Positions 16,435-26,933 of a stretch of DNA of 64,000 nucleotides are shown here, piece by piece. Origin of the DNA: a virus. The notes beneath the pieces are model-generated. The model did no database searches, was not told the origin of the DNA, and saw nothing but the letters and a program-made list of their open reading frames with translations. Position 1 is the stretch's first letter, and each line of letters opens with the position of its first letter. The translations under genes and the position numbers were made by a program. The DNA is taken from positions 28,846 through 92,845 of IMG/VR virus record IMGVR_UViG_3300042691_021691; one strand, written 5' to 3'.

Positions 16435-19400
16435 ATGATAATCGACGACGATATTAATAAATTTGTTGACGAACAAAGTGGCGGAGGCGGTGGATCTTCG
16501 TATGGCGGTGGTACAGTTGGTACCACCGTCGTATATGGTTGTACCGATCCAACGGCTTTTAATTATTCACCAGGCGCAAATGCGGATGATGGAAATTGTC
16601 AATATTATACACAAACGCCAATAGGACTTCCTCCTGCTCCAATTGTAGGCTGTACAGATTCCAAAGCATACAATTATAATTCATCGGCTACTCAAGATGA
16701 TGGAAGTTGTAAATATCCACCGGCTGTAATATTTGGATGTACGGATTCCACGGCACAGAATTACAATCCAACCGCAACGCAAGATGACGGATCGTGCATA
16801 AGGTTTATAGGACTACCCCCTATAGATTTAACAAAAACTATAGGATGTAAAGATCCTACGGCATTAAATTACGATCCAAATGCATTTGTATCGGATGATC
16901 GATTATGCGAATATCCACAAATTGAACAAATAAGAGCAGGATGTACAGATCCAAGAGCAAAAAATTATAATCCATCTGCTATTGCAGATGATGGGTCATG
17001 CCTTTTTTACCCAGCAGGAGATGATAATCCATCGCACATCTATGGGTGTACAAATGCCACGGCTGTAAATTATAATCCCGAGGCGACTCTAGATGATGGT
17101 AGTTGTACATTTGCAATTAGAGGATGTACCATATCATCGGCAATAAATTATAATCCATATGCTAGTATTGATGACGGTACATGTGTATTTGATGAGCAAG
17201 TATACGGATGTACCGATCCATCTGCAATTAATTATAATAGATTGGCGACGGTTGATAATGGTATATGTAGATATTTAGAACCTGTTGTCGGATGTAAAAA
17301 TCCAGAAGCATCAAATTATAATCCATCGGCGGCTATTCACGATGGTAATATGTGTGAATATCCCCCTCCGCCGTTGCCACCACCACAACAGCCTCCTGCA
17401 TTTGCTGCTGTAAATTTGAATGCAAATATTCAAGTGGTGGACAATCTACCAGTTCAAGTTACATTTAATGTAGTTGATCCTTCTCCTGCCGGGATAATTA
17501 CTATTGAAGTGGAACCAATCCAAATTGATGTATCTTCTGTTATACTTGGATTGATTAACTCATACATAACCGATGCATATATTACATTTATAGATCCATT
17601 ACGGTTCTATAAATTATTATTAAATTTTGGCGACGATGCACAAAATGTAATTGCAAACTATAGATTGAATCCTATAAGTGCAAACGAATTACAATTAAAA
17701 TTAACAGCGCCAATTCCAGAAGAATATGGTGTTAATTCGAATGTATTCTTATCAAGAGAAGTAGCAAAAACATTTATAGATGAAATTAAAGTTGCACTAG
17801 CCGCACCAAAAGACAAAACGCCATATCTTAGACCATTAAATACTAAAATTAAAGTTCCTGGTAACTATAAAGAAATCGCACAAGCCACATTACAGACATT
17901 ACAGCTTGACATAGGGGCAACCGGTAGAATTGAAAATGCAGCTTCATACGAGGATAGCATTTTTAGAAAATGGTATTCATATGATTGGAATTCATCGGAA
18001 TTAAATCAAGATTTTGCCGACTATAATAACTTCGTATTTTATGGTTCTGCGGAATTGCGACTGAAGGCGTTCCGAGAAAAACTACGTCAGCTTGAATTGG
18101 AACAAAATAAAGTAGTACAAACAGTATACCAAATTACGACAGGATCGGCATATACAGGATCAAATTCTCAAATAGCTGGACCTATTTCACTAGGTAGTTC
18201 TTATTCGGATGTGACGGTTGTTAGCGGTTCTCTTGCAACGTATAACACATTAGCTACTGCTTCATTAGGAGCGGCACTAAATATAGAAAAAATAATTAGA
18301 TCATTCGATCCATATGAACGGTATTTATTCTATTCTGATGGAACCACCCCATATTCCGCCAGCGCAGATTATGTAGCTGATGGATACGAATATTCTGCAA
18401 ATGGTGCATGGCCTAAAAACCAAGCAAATCAATTATATAGTTATACTTCATCTGTTGCGACTGCGTGGTTCACTACACAATCATTAATAGCACAAAGATT
18501 TGATGAGTTCAATCAAAACTCATTGATGTATACCATCCCAAATCATATCTATTATGATGATGATTCTCAATCATTTACTACATTTATTTTAACGGTAGGA
18601 CATTTCTTCGATAATATTAAACCATATATCGATCAAATGACTACGAACGTTTATGATAGAGGTTTTAATCCTGATGAGGGAATGTCAATCGATCTCATAT
18701 GGGAAATCGCAGAAACGTTTGGAGTTAAATTACCAAATCCATACAGTGTATACACATTACAAGAATATATTTTACCGAGCGCAACAAGTTCTACGCAGAT
18801 TCGTAATGTTTCTGCCGAGACATGGAAGAGATTCTTAAATAGTTTAATTTTCTTATTAAAATCTAGAGGAACTAAAACTGCAATTAATTCGTTCTTAAGA
18901 ATTTTAGGAATACATCCACAGGTAATATCAGTTAAAGAATCGGAAGTTAACACTACTTCTTCGTTCTTTATTACAGAAGAGTTTAGCAATGGATTAGAAT
19001 TTGATGGTGCAATTTCTTCTTATATAAAATTGCCAATGTCATCTTCATTACGAGATGCAAAGACCATTCAAATAAGATATGCAACTAATATAGAGCAAAA
19101 CGCAACGCTAGGAAATGCAGATACTAAATTTGCATTGAACATAAAAACATATCCGTCTGATAGTAGATACGGTAGACTTGAATTAATTAGCTCAAGTAAT
19201 GTTATAGTATCTAGCAGTTATATGAAGATGTTCGATAATGAATTTATAGATGTTATGCTGCGAAGATATCCGTCATATGTAGATATGACTGTTATAAAAA
19301 ACGATGGTGAAGAAGTAATATATTCGTCATCCAACGTATCTTCTACAGGAAACATTATTAATCTATGGACTTCTTCGCGAGATTTTTATGTAGGTGGATC

Positions 19401-22400
19401 GGGATCATTAAAACTGGCATCTAATTTTGATGGTATAATTGATGAAGTTAGAGTTTGGGGAGAATTAATAGAAGACGATACGTTCATACAACAAACGTTC
19501 GATCCAGGATCATACACGGGTAATACATATACATCCTCAATAAACGACTTATTCGTCCAGTTATCATTTAATAGAGAATATGATCTATCAACTAGATTCT
19601 TAGGAAACGAATCGCCATATTTTAACTTAAATGGTGTAAGTGATCCGTTAGATGTAATTGCTAGAACTAACATTGAACTAATTAATGCCGAAGGATTTAC
19701 ATCAACTTCTGCATATACCAGATTTAATAGAAAGGTAAGATTAAATATTCCAACATTTGGAGGATCGTCATACACTACTTCTAAAGTAAAAGTGGCAGAT
19801 GCTCCTGTATTTTCTCCCAGAGATTTGGATGCAAATAATGTTCCTGTTTTAAAGCGTAAGTCTAGTATCGTATCATTAAAAGATAAAGAATTGCGTCAAA
19901 GTACAAACATCGTAAGCATAACGATATCTCCTGCGGATTTCCAAAATCAAAATATAGCTCGTGCGTTTGGTGGATTTAATGTAAATAATTTAATTGGAGA
20001 TCCTGCAGAGATAGCTGCACCAGAATATAAAAAGTTAAAAGAACTGCAAAACATATACAGTAAATATTTTTATAGCAAAGTTGATACAAATAGATTGATA
20101 CGTATTTTTGAAACTGTATTAGATGGAATGACAGATTTTATTGATTTCTTAGTTCCGTTAAAATCAAAACTCCAAACAGGCATATTGATTGAGCCTAATA
20201 TGCTTGAGAGAGTTAAGGTTTCAAATTATAAGAGAATTTCTGTAGATGGATCTCAAACTAGAAATTCTATAAATTCTGCTAATACTGCAAGTCTTTTCGT
20301 TGCAACGGATCACATCTATTCGTTAGAAAAAACTATAAATACATTAGAAACATCATTCAATCCTGTATTAACATTTAATGAAAGTTCATCATACCAAGAT
20401 TATTATATTAATTTAACCGGATCCGCAGTAACTCCTGCGTTCTTTGATGAGAAATCAGTAACATCTAATTCTGTAGCTGACCGTTCATACTTGGTAAATA
20501 CTTCAAGTATTAATGTCAAAGATACCACGGATATAACGTCATCAATGTATTCAGATGGTAGAGATTTTATACTATTTGAAACTGGTGCGATATTTGATAA
20601 TAGTATGTCGATGCCAGGAATAACATTTGATTATAATTCACCATCGGAATTTGCTATAGAAGATGGCGGGGTATTCTTGCGAGATTTATTCACGACGGGA
20701 TCGGTTATTAATACAAGCGATATAGTCAACACGCGAGTAGACTATGGAACCACAGCAAAGTCAGGATCTACAGATGTAACGCACCAAGTATTAGATTTAG
20801 TAAAGGATGGAGTTACATTAGATCAAAAGCTTTCATACATAATTGGTGGAAAGGATTATTATGGTAACTATAATTCTGTAGGAGAACGTACCGAAAGTGA
20901 ATCGATAGAAACTATTGGTATGCATAACCTAAGAAATATAGAAATTGCATCCGGATCAATTCCTGGATCACACACTCCATACATAAGAAATTATATACAA
21001 AGAGAAAATATAATAGATATGAATACTAATAATATTCATAAATGGGGTATTGGATTTGACGGGAATAGAATAAAATATGTTACAGATGGAACCGGGCAAG
21101 TATATCCATTTGCTATGGGTATTGCATTAGGAAATGATGCATCAGGAAATCCATTGGATAGAACAAATATAAAATATCTATATGAAATAGGACCTATTAG
21201 TGATTTTACTGACTTAGGAGTTACTACATATTTTTATAAGAGCGATGGATTATATACATTCCCAACAAGAATATATTCGATAATCGGCAGAAATACTTAT
21301 AATTTCTTACCGGGCGCATATACAGATACTCGTATATTGAGTGGGTCATTTGCTGAATGGACATATGGAACTGCATATTCAGAAAATGATGTAGTGGTGC
21401 AAAATATTTCTTCCGTAACTGATATATCCGATCCAAATGTTTCTACATTAAAAACTCTAAATACTAAAGTAATTAATCAAATAGAAACTGTTAGATTAGC
21501 CAAACAAGAACTCGCAGGTGCCAGCGACGAAAATAGATCTACTCTGACCAATGCACTTAGAGATGCGGAACGAATACTAGACGTATATACCGAAGATTAT
21601 AACAAGTTTAGAGATGATTTACGAGCGGCAGCTGCCGGAAATAAATATTTCTTTAGATTTAAGAGAAAGACATCGATTTCTCCATACTACTCATATATTC
21701 CTCCATTCATAGATAGACAGAATTGGGAGTTATTGGTATACACGCCTAATCTACAACAAATTGCCAAGCGAGTGTTGCTAGATACAAATCAACTGGATAT
21801 TTATAGTAGAGCATTTTCCGGACTGACAGTTACAGATCCATCTAAAACTGGAGATATCATCGGAAGAAATGAATTTATTCTGAGAGATGATATAGTATTT
21901 GGTCCAAATCAAACCCTTCAAGGTGTGTTTAATTTGGCAAAGGTAGCTGAGTTATTAGCATTGAAGATGGAATCTTCGACAAATTATAGAATCAGATTAT
22001 ACAGAACAGCTACACAACGTGCAGATGACGCATCCAGAGCGTTTGGAGCAGAACCCACAGGAGATCATGGAGTATTATTCGACGGTATAGTAGAAAATAC
22101 GAGTTATAATATTTTAAGTCCATCTGTTAGACTGGTAAATGGAGATGCTCCTGAAGAATCTGCTATATATTATAGTATAACTAACTTAGATGCCACACCA
22201 AAAGTATTTAAAATTAAGCTATATTTATATGTTTATGAGGGAGAAAAGCGAGTTCCTCTTGGGTATTTGCCTAGACATTATAAATTTACCAGAGATAACG
22301 CAACGGCAACTAAGAGAAGAAATTATATAGGATGTTTGCAGACTAAACAAACTACAACTGACGGATTGGAGCCAATTGAAGTCAGTATTAGTTCAGGAAC

Positions 22401-22476
22401 GGATATTACGGTATCTAACACCAGCCCAAATGATTCTATAGTATTAGGCGGTGGTGGAACATTAAATGTCACGTAA
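16435..22476 (+). CDS. large baseplate/tail protein: 9 N-terminal Cys repeats, a gp7-like wedge segment and a LamG-like domain
   Basis: GCTDP repeats; WKRFLNSLIFLLKSRGTKTAINSFLRILG wedge-like motif; FDGIIDEVRVW LamG motif. Confidence 0.75.
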   Translation: MIIDDDINKFVDEQSGGGGGSSYGGGTVGTTVVYGCTDPTAFNYSPGANADDGNCQYYTQTPIGLPPAPIVGCTDSKAYNYNSSATQDDGSCKYPPAVIFGCTDSTAQNYNPTATQDDGSCIRFIGLPPIDLTKTIGCKDPTALNYDPNAFVSDDRLCEYPQIEQIRAGCTDPRAKNYNPSAIADDGSCLFYPAGDDNPSHIYGCTNATAVNYNPEATLDDGSCTFAIRGCTISSAINYNPYASIDDGTCVFDEQVYGCTDPSAINYNRLATVDNGICRYLEPVVGCKNPEASNYNPSAAIHDGNMCEYPPPPLPPPQQPPAFAAVNLNANIQVVDNLPVQVTFNVVDPSPAGIITIEVEPIQIDVSSVILGLINSYITDAYITFIDPLRFYKLLLNFGDDAQNVIANYRLNPISANELQLKLTAPIPEEYGVNSNVFLSREVAKTFIDEIKVALAAPKDKTPYLRPLNTKIKVPGNYKEIAQATLQTLQLDIGATGRIENAASYEDSIFRKWYSYDWNSSELNQDFADYNNFVFYGSAELRLKAFREKLRQLELEQNKVVQTVYQITTGSAYTGSNSQIAGPISLGSSYSDVTVVSGSLATYNTLATASLGAALNIEKIIRSFDPYERYLFYSDGTTPYSASADYVADGYEYSANGAWPKNQANQLYSYTSSVATAWFTTQSLIAQRFDEFNQNSLMYTIPNHIYYDDDSQSFTTFILTVGHFFDNIKPYIDQMTTNVYDRGFNPDEGMSIDLIWEIAETFGVKLPNPYSVYTLQEYILPSATSSTQIRNVSAETWKRFLNSLIFLLKSRGTKTAINSFLRILGIHPQVISVKESEVNTTSSFFITEEFSNGLEFDGAISSYIKLPMSSSLRDAKTIQIRYATNIEQNATLGNADTKFALNIKTYPSDSRYGRLELISSSNVIVSSSYMKMFDNEFIDVMLRRYPSYVDMTVIKNDGEEVIYSSSNVSSTGNIINLWTSSRDFYVGGSGSLKLASNFDGIIDEVRVWGELIEDDTFIQQTFDPGSYTGNTYTSSINDLFVQLSFNREYDLSTRFLGNESPYFNLNGVSDPLDVIARTNIELINAEGFTSTSAYTRFNRKVRLNIPTFGGSSYTTSKVKVADAPVFSPRDLDANNVPVLKRKSSIVSLKDKELRQSTNIVSITISPADFQNQNIARAFGGFNVNNLIGDPAEIAAPEYKKLKELQNIYSKYFYSKVDTNRLIRIFETVLDGMTDFIDFLVPLKSKLQTGILIEPNMLERVKVSNYKRISVDGSQTRNSINSANTASLFVATDHIYSLEKTINTLETSFNPVLTFNESSSYQDYYINLTGSAVTPAFFDEKSVTSNSVADRSYLVNTSSINVKDTTDITSSMYSDGRDFILFETGAIFDNSMSMPGITFDYNSPSEFAIEDGGVFLRDLFTTGSVINTSDIVNTRVDYGTTAKSGSTDVTHQVLDLVKDGVTLDQKLSYIIGGKDYYGNYNSVGERTESESIETIGMHNLRNIEIASGSIPGSHTPYIRNYIQRENIIDMNTNNIHKWGIGFDGNRIKYVTDGTGQVYPFAMGIALGNDASGNPLDRTNIKYLYEIGPISDFTDLGVTTYFYKSDGLYTFPTRIYSIIGRNTYNFLPGAYTDTRILSGSFAEWTYGTAYSENDVVVQNISSVTDISDPNVSTLKTLNTKVINQIETVRLAKQELAGASDENRSTLTNALRDAERILDVYTEDYNKFRDDLRAAAAGNKYFFRFKRKTSISPYYSYIPPFIDRQNWELLVYTPNLQQIAKRVLLDTNQLDIYSRAFSGLTVTDPSKTGDIIGRNEFILRDDIVFGPNQTLQGVFNLAKVAELLALKMESSTNYRIRLYRTATQRADDASRAFGAEPTGDHGVLFDGIVENTSYNILSPSVRLVNGDAPEESAIYYSITNLDATPKVFKIKLYLYVYEGEKRVPLGYLPRHYKFTRDNATATKRRNYIGCLQTKQTTTDGLEPIEVSISSGTDITVSNTSPNDSIVLGGGGTLNVT

Positions 22477-22502
22477 AATCAAAGAAAAACAATATTGTAT
22501 TA

Positions 22503-22510
22503 TATTTATA
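22503..22510 (+). promoter_or_regulatory. putative late promoter TATTTATA
   Basis: Exact octamer 24 nt before an SD-led ATG. Confidence 0.65.
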
Positions 22511-22534
22511 GACATACATTTAGGAGCATAAATT

Positions 22535-23176
22535 ATGGGATATCTTGACAAATCGGCAATCACAGTAGATGCGGTTCTTACCAAAAAAGGTAGAGAATTA
22601 TTGGCGAAGGGCAGACAGGGATTCAAAATCTCTCAGTTTGCAGTAGCAGATGATGAAGTAGATTATACGTTATACGACACGGCGCATCCGTTGGGAACCG
22701 CATATTACGGATCCATTATTGAAGGTATGCCATTATTGGAAGCAACTTCAGATGAAACGCAAGCATTGCGGTTTAAACTAGTAACACTTCCACGCGGAAC
22801 CAAGGAAGTTCCGATCATTTCTCTTGGCTATTCTTCAATAACATTGACATATGGCGTCTCGGCGGCGGTTACAATTGTACCGTCTACGTCACAAGGATTC
22901 AATGGTCCTGGATTTGGATATACGGCAGTGTTGTATGACAGTTCGGCTGGAATTCTATCTGGCACTGGATTAACCACATCACCAACTACTCCGGTATTTA
23001 TTGGAGAAGGTGTAACTAATAATGCAACCGTTGTGCGTGGTATTCAATTTACATTAGCGCCACGAGATGTGTCGGCACAAACCGAAACGCAATTAACAAT
23101 TATTGGAAACCAAACCGGTGCTTCGGTTACTATTCCAATTACTATAAAACCACAACCAGTAGCAACTCAAGGCTAA
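22535..23176 (+). CDS. probable baseplate/tail structural protein
   Basis: DAVLTKKGRELLA...FAVADDEVDY resembles fibre-attachment N-termini; SD AGGAG. Confidence 0.65.
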   Translation: MGYLDKSAITVDAVLTKKGRELLAKGRQGFKISQFAVADDEVDYTLYDTAHPLGTAYYGSIIEGMPLLEATSDETQALRFKLVTLPRGTKEVPIISLGYSSITLTYGVSAAVTIVPSTSQGFNGPGFGYTAVLYDSSAGILSGTGLTTSPTTPVFIGEGVTNNATVVRGIQFTLAPRDVSAQTETQLTIIGNQTGASVTIPITIKPQPVATQG

Positions 23177-23194
23177 TTCAGAGGATAATAACAT

Positions 23195-24346
23195 ATGTCA
23201 ATTTATAAGCAATTCGAAGATGATGATATAGTAGAAGCCAACGCGACAGTTATTACCACTGGTATTTGGACAGGTGATACGGGTTCGCTTTCCGGTGACA
23301 TCTATACATCAAGTGTTCAGGTAGGCAGAAGTGGTGAATATTATTATGATTGTTATCAAGCAAGCCCTCTTGCATCTAGTTCTGTCGCAGAAGTACAATT
23401 TGCGGTAACGTATGGACACGTCAGTGGTGGTGGTGCTCCTACACTATTGGATAATGATCTAGCAACTTTATCCACAAAGGCGATTTATAAGCAATATAAG
23501 AATTTATTGTTGGATACATCGGATGACTTATTTACCTTCTTGAATCACAATGCACAACATATCTATGTAATTAATTTCCAACGTGCACGTTTGAGAGAAA
23601 AATTAGATCCAGGCAATTGGGCGTTAACATTATCAGGATCTAACGGATTATTTACATTTATTGACGATAGCGGACAGACGCTTGGTGATTTGGCTGCAAA
23701 TAGTAAAGCAGGTAGAGTATTCAATGTAGTACAAGGATCATTAACGGGTCCATCTGGTAGCACAATCACTGCAATATCCGCCAGTGGACATGACGAGTTA
23801 AGCGGACAAGTTGGATTTGGATTGGTATATCCTGACCTAGGATTGATTATCTTGAACCCAGATGCAATTTCACCGGTAGTAGGTTTTAATCCGTTCAAAG
23901 GAACAAATACAGGATCATATAGTTCATCTATACAAAACTTTAAATATACTGGATCATACGTTCCGTTTGCACCGTTTACTGCATCGTTGGTTGCCGCATC
24001 TGGAAGTGTACATCAATATAATCACGAAGCATTAGTGCGTTCTATGCAAATTGCAATGAGAGCAGGATATGATTTCCAAGCACGTTCGTCGGAAACTATT
24101 GCATCTACTCATTATTTCGTGAGATTGCGTAACAAAGAATTTAATTATTCAAACAATCCAACATTCTATAATGCAAGCAATGGATCAATCATTTTAACGG
24201 ATTTCTATAAGGATCCTAAAGTGTTTGTCACATCAATTGGATTATATAATACACAAAATGAATTGTTGGCAGTAGCTAAATTAAGTAGACCATTAGAAAA
24301 GAGCTTTGACAAAGAAGCACTCATTCGAGTAAGACTCGACTTCTAA
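23195..24346 (+). CDS. structural protein with a tail-collar-like C-terminal domain
   Basis: VTSIGLYNTQNELLAVAKLSRPLEK. Confidence 0.7.
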   Translation: MSIYKQFEDDDIVEANATVITTGIWTGDTGSLSGDIYTSSVQVGRSGEYYYDCYQASPLASSSVAEVQFAVTYGHVSGGGAPTLLDNDLATLSTKAIYKQYKNLLLDTSDDLFTFLNHNAQHIYVINFQRARLREKLDPGNWALTLSGSNGLFTFIDDSGQTLGDLAANSKAGRVFNVVQGSLTGPSGSTITAISASGHDELSGQVGFGLVYPDLGLIILNPDAISPVVGFNPFKGTNTGSYSSSIQNFKYTGSYVPFAPFTASLVAASGSVHQYNHEALVRSMQIAMRAGYDFQARSSETIASTHYFVRLRNKEFNYSNNPTFYNASNGSIILTDFYKDPKVFVTSIGLYNTQNELLAVAKLSRPLEKSFDKEALIRVRLDF

Positions 24347-24361
24347 TACTAGGGGGTTACT

Positions 24362-25237
24362 GTGAGTACACACAAAGCAATAGGTAACAATGATTACAAA
24401 ATTGAAACCTATGTTGCATATGCTTCACAAAGCTTTGTTATAACGTCTGGGTCCGATGAAAATCCATCGGACCTAACGTTTAATGTAGCAACCGAACCTC
24501 CATATAATTGGCTAATTACGGGCAATCAAGGGACATTAAATATAGAATCACAGTTGTATTCAAATACGTTGTATAAATCCATATCACATCTATTTTATAC
24601 CCAGGGAAACCAGGTGTTTTATAGTGGATCGGTGTCAGACGTTACGCAATACACCCCAACAGGTTCATTTTATGTATTAAGTGCAGCTTCTACCGTAGTG
24701 GGAGATGAAATTAAACCCTCCTCGGTATTAATTAAGTTGAATAATTCTGCGTCTTATATAAGTGATACACCAACATCAACCCCACAATTAGGATTGCTAA
24801 AGGTTAGTGGATCGTCAAATGTTGTGGGGAATGTGTTCTATAAGCATGGAATATTTGTTTTAAAGGAAAATAGCTTACCAAATACAGTAAATTCGAACGG
24901 AATTAAACTGGAAGAAGATGATACGCTGACTGTAGAATTTCAATCAACTGGAACTATTTATAAGCATAGGGTATCATGTGAAATTGAACCAAATGAATTT
25001 AATTTGGCATGGTTTAATCCAACAATTAGTGCATCATATGCAGCTTCGGGTTCTGTAGATGGTCAAGGTGAAAAAATATATAGTTTAATGGCTAGTGGTA
25101 GTTTAACCCCATACATAACATCTATAGGGTTATACAATGATGAATTTCAACTGCTGGCGGTTGCTAAATTATCTTCGCCTATTAAGCGGTCATTCTATAC
25201 AAGACAAACATTTATAGTTCAGTTTGATACAAATTAA
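24362..25237 (+). CDS. paralogous structural protein with the same C-terminal domain (GTG start)
   Basis: ITSIGLYNDEFQLLAVAKLSSPIKR. Confidence 0.7.
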   Translation: MSTHKAIGNNDYKIETYVAYASQSFVITSGSDENPSDLTFNVATEPPYNWLITGNQGTLNIESQLYSNTLYKSISHLFYTQGNQVFYSGSVSDVTQYTPTGSFYVLSAASTVVGDEIKPSSVLIKLNNSASYISDTPTSTPQLGLLKVSGSSNVVGNVFYKHGIFVLKENSLPNTVNSNGIKLEEDDTLTVEFQSTGTIYKHRVSCEIEPNEFNLAWFNPTISASYAASGSVDGQGEKIYSLMASGSLTPYITSIGLYNDEFQLLAVAKLSSPIKRSFYTRQTFIVQFDTN

Positions 25238-25248
25238 CGGAGATTTTT

Positions 25249-25602
25249 ATGGGCCTAAAAGAAATATACGAAGCATCAACAAATTCTGTTGTTAAGGATG
25301 CACGAGACAAAGCCGCCACCCCAGCAGCCGATGCTGATGGTGTAAACTTTTATGACAAAGATAGCACTTATCAAGACAACTTTAAGAAACGTGATTATTT
25401 AAATAAAGTTGTTACACAGGCAACAACAGATGATGCAACGAATGGAAAGTTTAAATCAAAAGCTTTATTATTCTATGCAGATTTAGTTGGCGCAGCAGAA
25501 GAAGGCACTCAATTGTATAATCAACGCGACAGCAACACCTATTATACAGAAATAAATAAAGCCACACGCGGAGTCACTCAGACATATACTCCAGCTACAT
25601 AA
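25249..25602 (+). CDS. hypothetical protein
   Basis: SD GGAG; clean ORF. Confidence 0.7.
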   Translation: MGLKEIYEASTNSVVKDARDKAATPAADADGVNFYDKDSTYQDNFKKRDYLNKVVTQATTDDATNGKFKSKALLFYADLVGAAEEGTQLYNQRDSNTYYTEINKATRGVTQTYTPAT

Positions 25603-25619
25603 TAATTTATAGAGGTTAT

Positions 25620-25982
25620 ATGAAACCACGTAGTGCAAAAAATAAAGGAAAACGGTTACAGAATGCAATACGAGATTTAATTTTAGAGCACTTTCCGCAG
25701 CTAGAACCAGACGATGTGGTCTCCACATTAATGGGAGATAGTGGAACAGATATTAAACTGTCTCCTCTAGCACGGAAAGTGTTTCCGTATTCAGCAGAAT
25801 GTAAAAACCAAGAAAAGTTAAATATATGGTCAGCTTTAGAACAAGCCGAGAATAATACAAAGGATAATACAGATCCCGTTGTGTTTTTTAAACGAAACAA
25901 TACTAAAGTGTATGCAATTATAACGGCAGAACAGTTCTTTAAGCTGGTATCGCCACCAAAAGATAATACAGACGAGACTTGA
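25620..25982 (+). CDS. Holliday junction resolvase-like PD-(D/E)xK nuclease
   Basis: SAKNKGKRLQN...GTDIKL...SAECKNQE...PVVFFKRN. Confidence 0.8.
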   Translation: MKPRSAKNKGKRLQNAIRDLILEHFPQLEPDDVVSTLMGDSGTDIKLSPLARKVFPYSAECKNQEKLNIWSALEQAENNTKDNTDPVVFFKRNNTKVYAIITAEQFFKLVSPPKDNTDET

Positions 25983-26007
25983 CATACATTTACCTAATGA
26001 TTACATT
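25979..26007 (+). promoter_or_regulatory. sigma70-type promoter TTGACA-N17-TACATT, probably giving a leaderless primase mRNA
   Basis: TTGACA 25979-25984 and TACATT 26002-26007; ATG at 26013. Confidence 0.65.
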
Positions 26008-26012
26008 TAGGT

Positions 26013-26927
26013 ATGACTGATATTATCACTTTTCTATCCAAAAAATTAGGTAGATATAAGGCACATCCAAATAGTGAATATTATTTCACTTGTCCCTTTT
26101 GCCACCATTCTAAAGCTAAGTTTGCAGTAAACGTAGCTAAGGATAAGTGGCATTGTTGGCATTGTGGATCAAGTGGCAAAACAATTTTTAATTTGGTTAG
26201 AGTTCTAGATTTAAGCAAAAGTGAGATAGACGAGCTACGAGAACTACTTGGTAATTCACCAAAATTAAAAATATACAAAGAAAACACGGATAAAGTCGAA
26301 CTCAGATTACCGGCAGAATTTAAACCGCTATGGAAAGTTAATAATTCTATTGAATACAAGCATGCGCTGGCATATTTGAGGAATAGAAATATTAGTATGG
26401 TGGATATTATTCGTTACAGAATGGGATATTGTGAGACTGGAAATTTCGCTCACAGAATTATTATTCCTTCATATGATGCGGATAATAAACTTAATTATTT
26501 TGTAGCCAGATCGTATTTCGATGCAAATATGAAGTATAAAAACCCAACCGTCAGTAAGAATATAATTTGCTTTGAGAGTTTTATTAATTGGAATCTGCCT
26601 GTTGTCTTGTGTGAAGGTGTATTCGATGCAATTTCCGTGCGCCAGAACGCAATTCCATTGTTAGGTAAGCATTTGCCTAAAAAACTGGAGCTTGCGTTAT
26701 TAAAAAATAAAGTAAAGACGGTGTATGTATGCTTGGATAAAGATGCAGAATCGGAAGCAATGAAACTAGAAAATAAACTAAAGCAATATGATATTAATGT
26801 ATACAGAGTATCAATTGCTACGGGAGATGCGGGAGAGATTGGATTTACAAAGGTATGGGAATTTATTAAGAATTCCAAATCTACTAGCTTTAAAGAATTG
26901 ATAGAAAACAAATTATCTAATGTGTAG
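26013..26927 (+). CDS. DNA primase (zinc finger plus TOPRIM)
   Basis: CPFC...WHCWHC zinc finger; RIIIPSY; LCEGVFDAI; CLDKDA. Confidence 0.92.
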   Translation: MTDIITFLSKKLGRYKAHPNSEYYFTCPFCHHSKAKFAVNVAKDKWHCWHCGSSGKTIFNLVRVLDLSKSEIDELRELLGNSPKLKIYKENTDKVELRLPAEFKPLWKVNNSIEYKHALAYLRNRNISMVDIIRYRMGYCETGNFAHRIIIPSYDADNKLNYFVARSYFDANMKYKNPTVSKNIICFESFINWNLPVVLCEGVFDAISVRQNAIPLLGKHLPKKLELALLKNKVKTVYVCLDKDAESEAMKLENKLKQYDINVYRVSIATGDAGEIGFTKVWEFIKNSKSTSFKELIENKLSNV

Positions 26928-26933
26928 GTTATT

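Noticed and set aside
14716-17360. CRISPR array or DGR template/variable repeat pair
   Set aside because: The repeats are degenerate in-frame protein repeats, differences are not adenine-specific, and no reverse transcriptase or cas gene is present in the window
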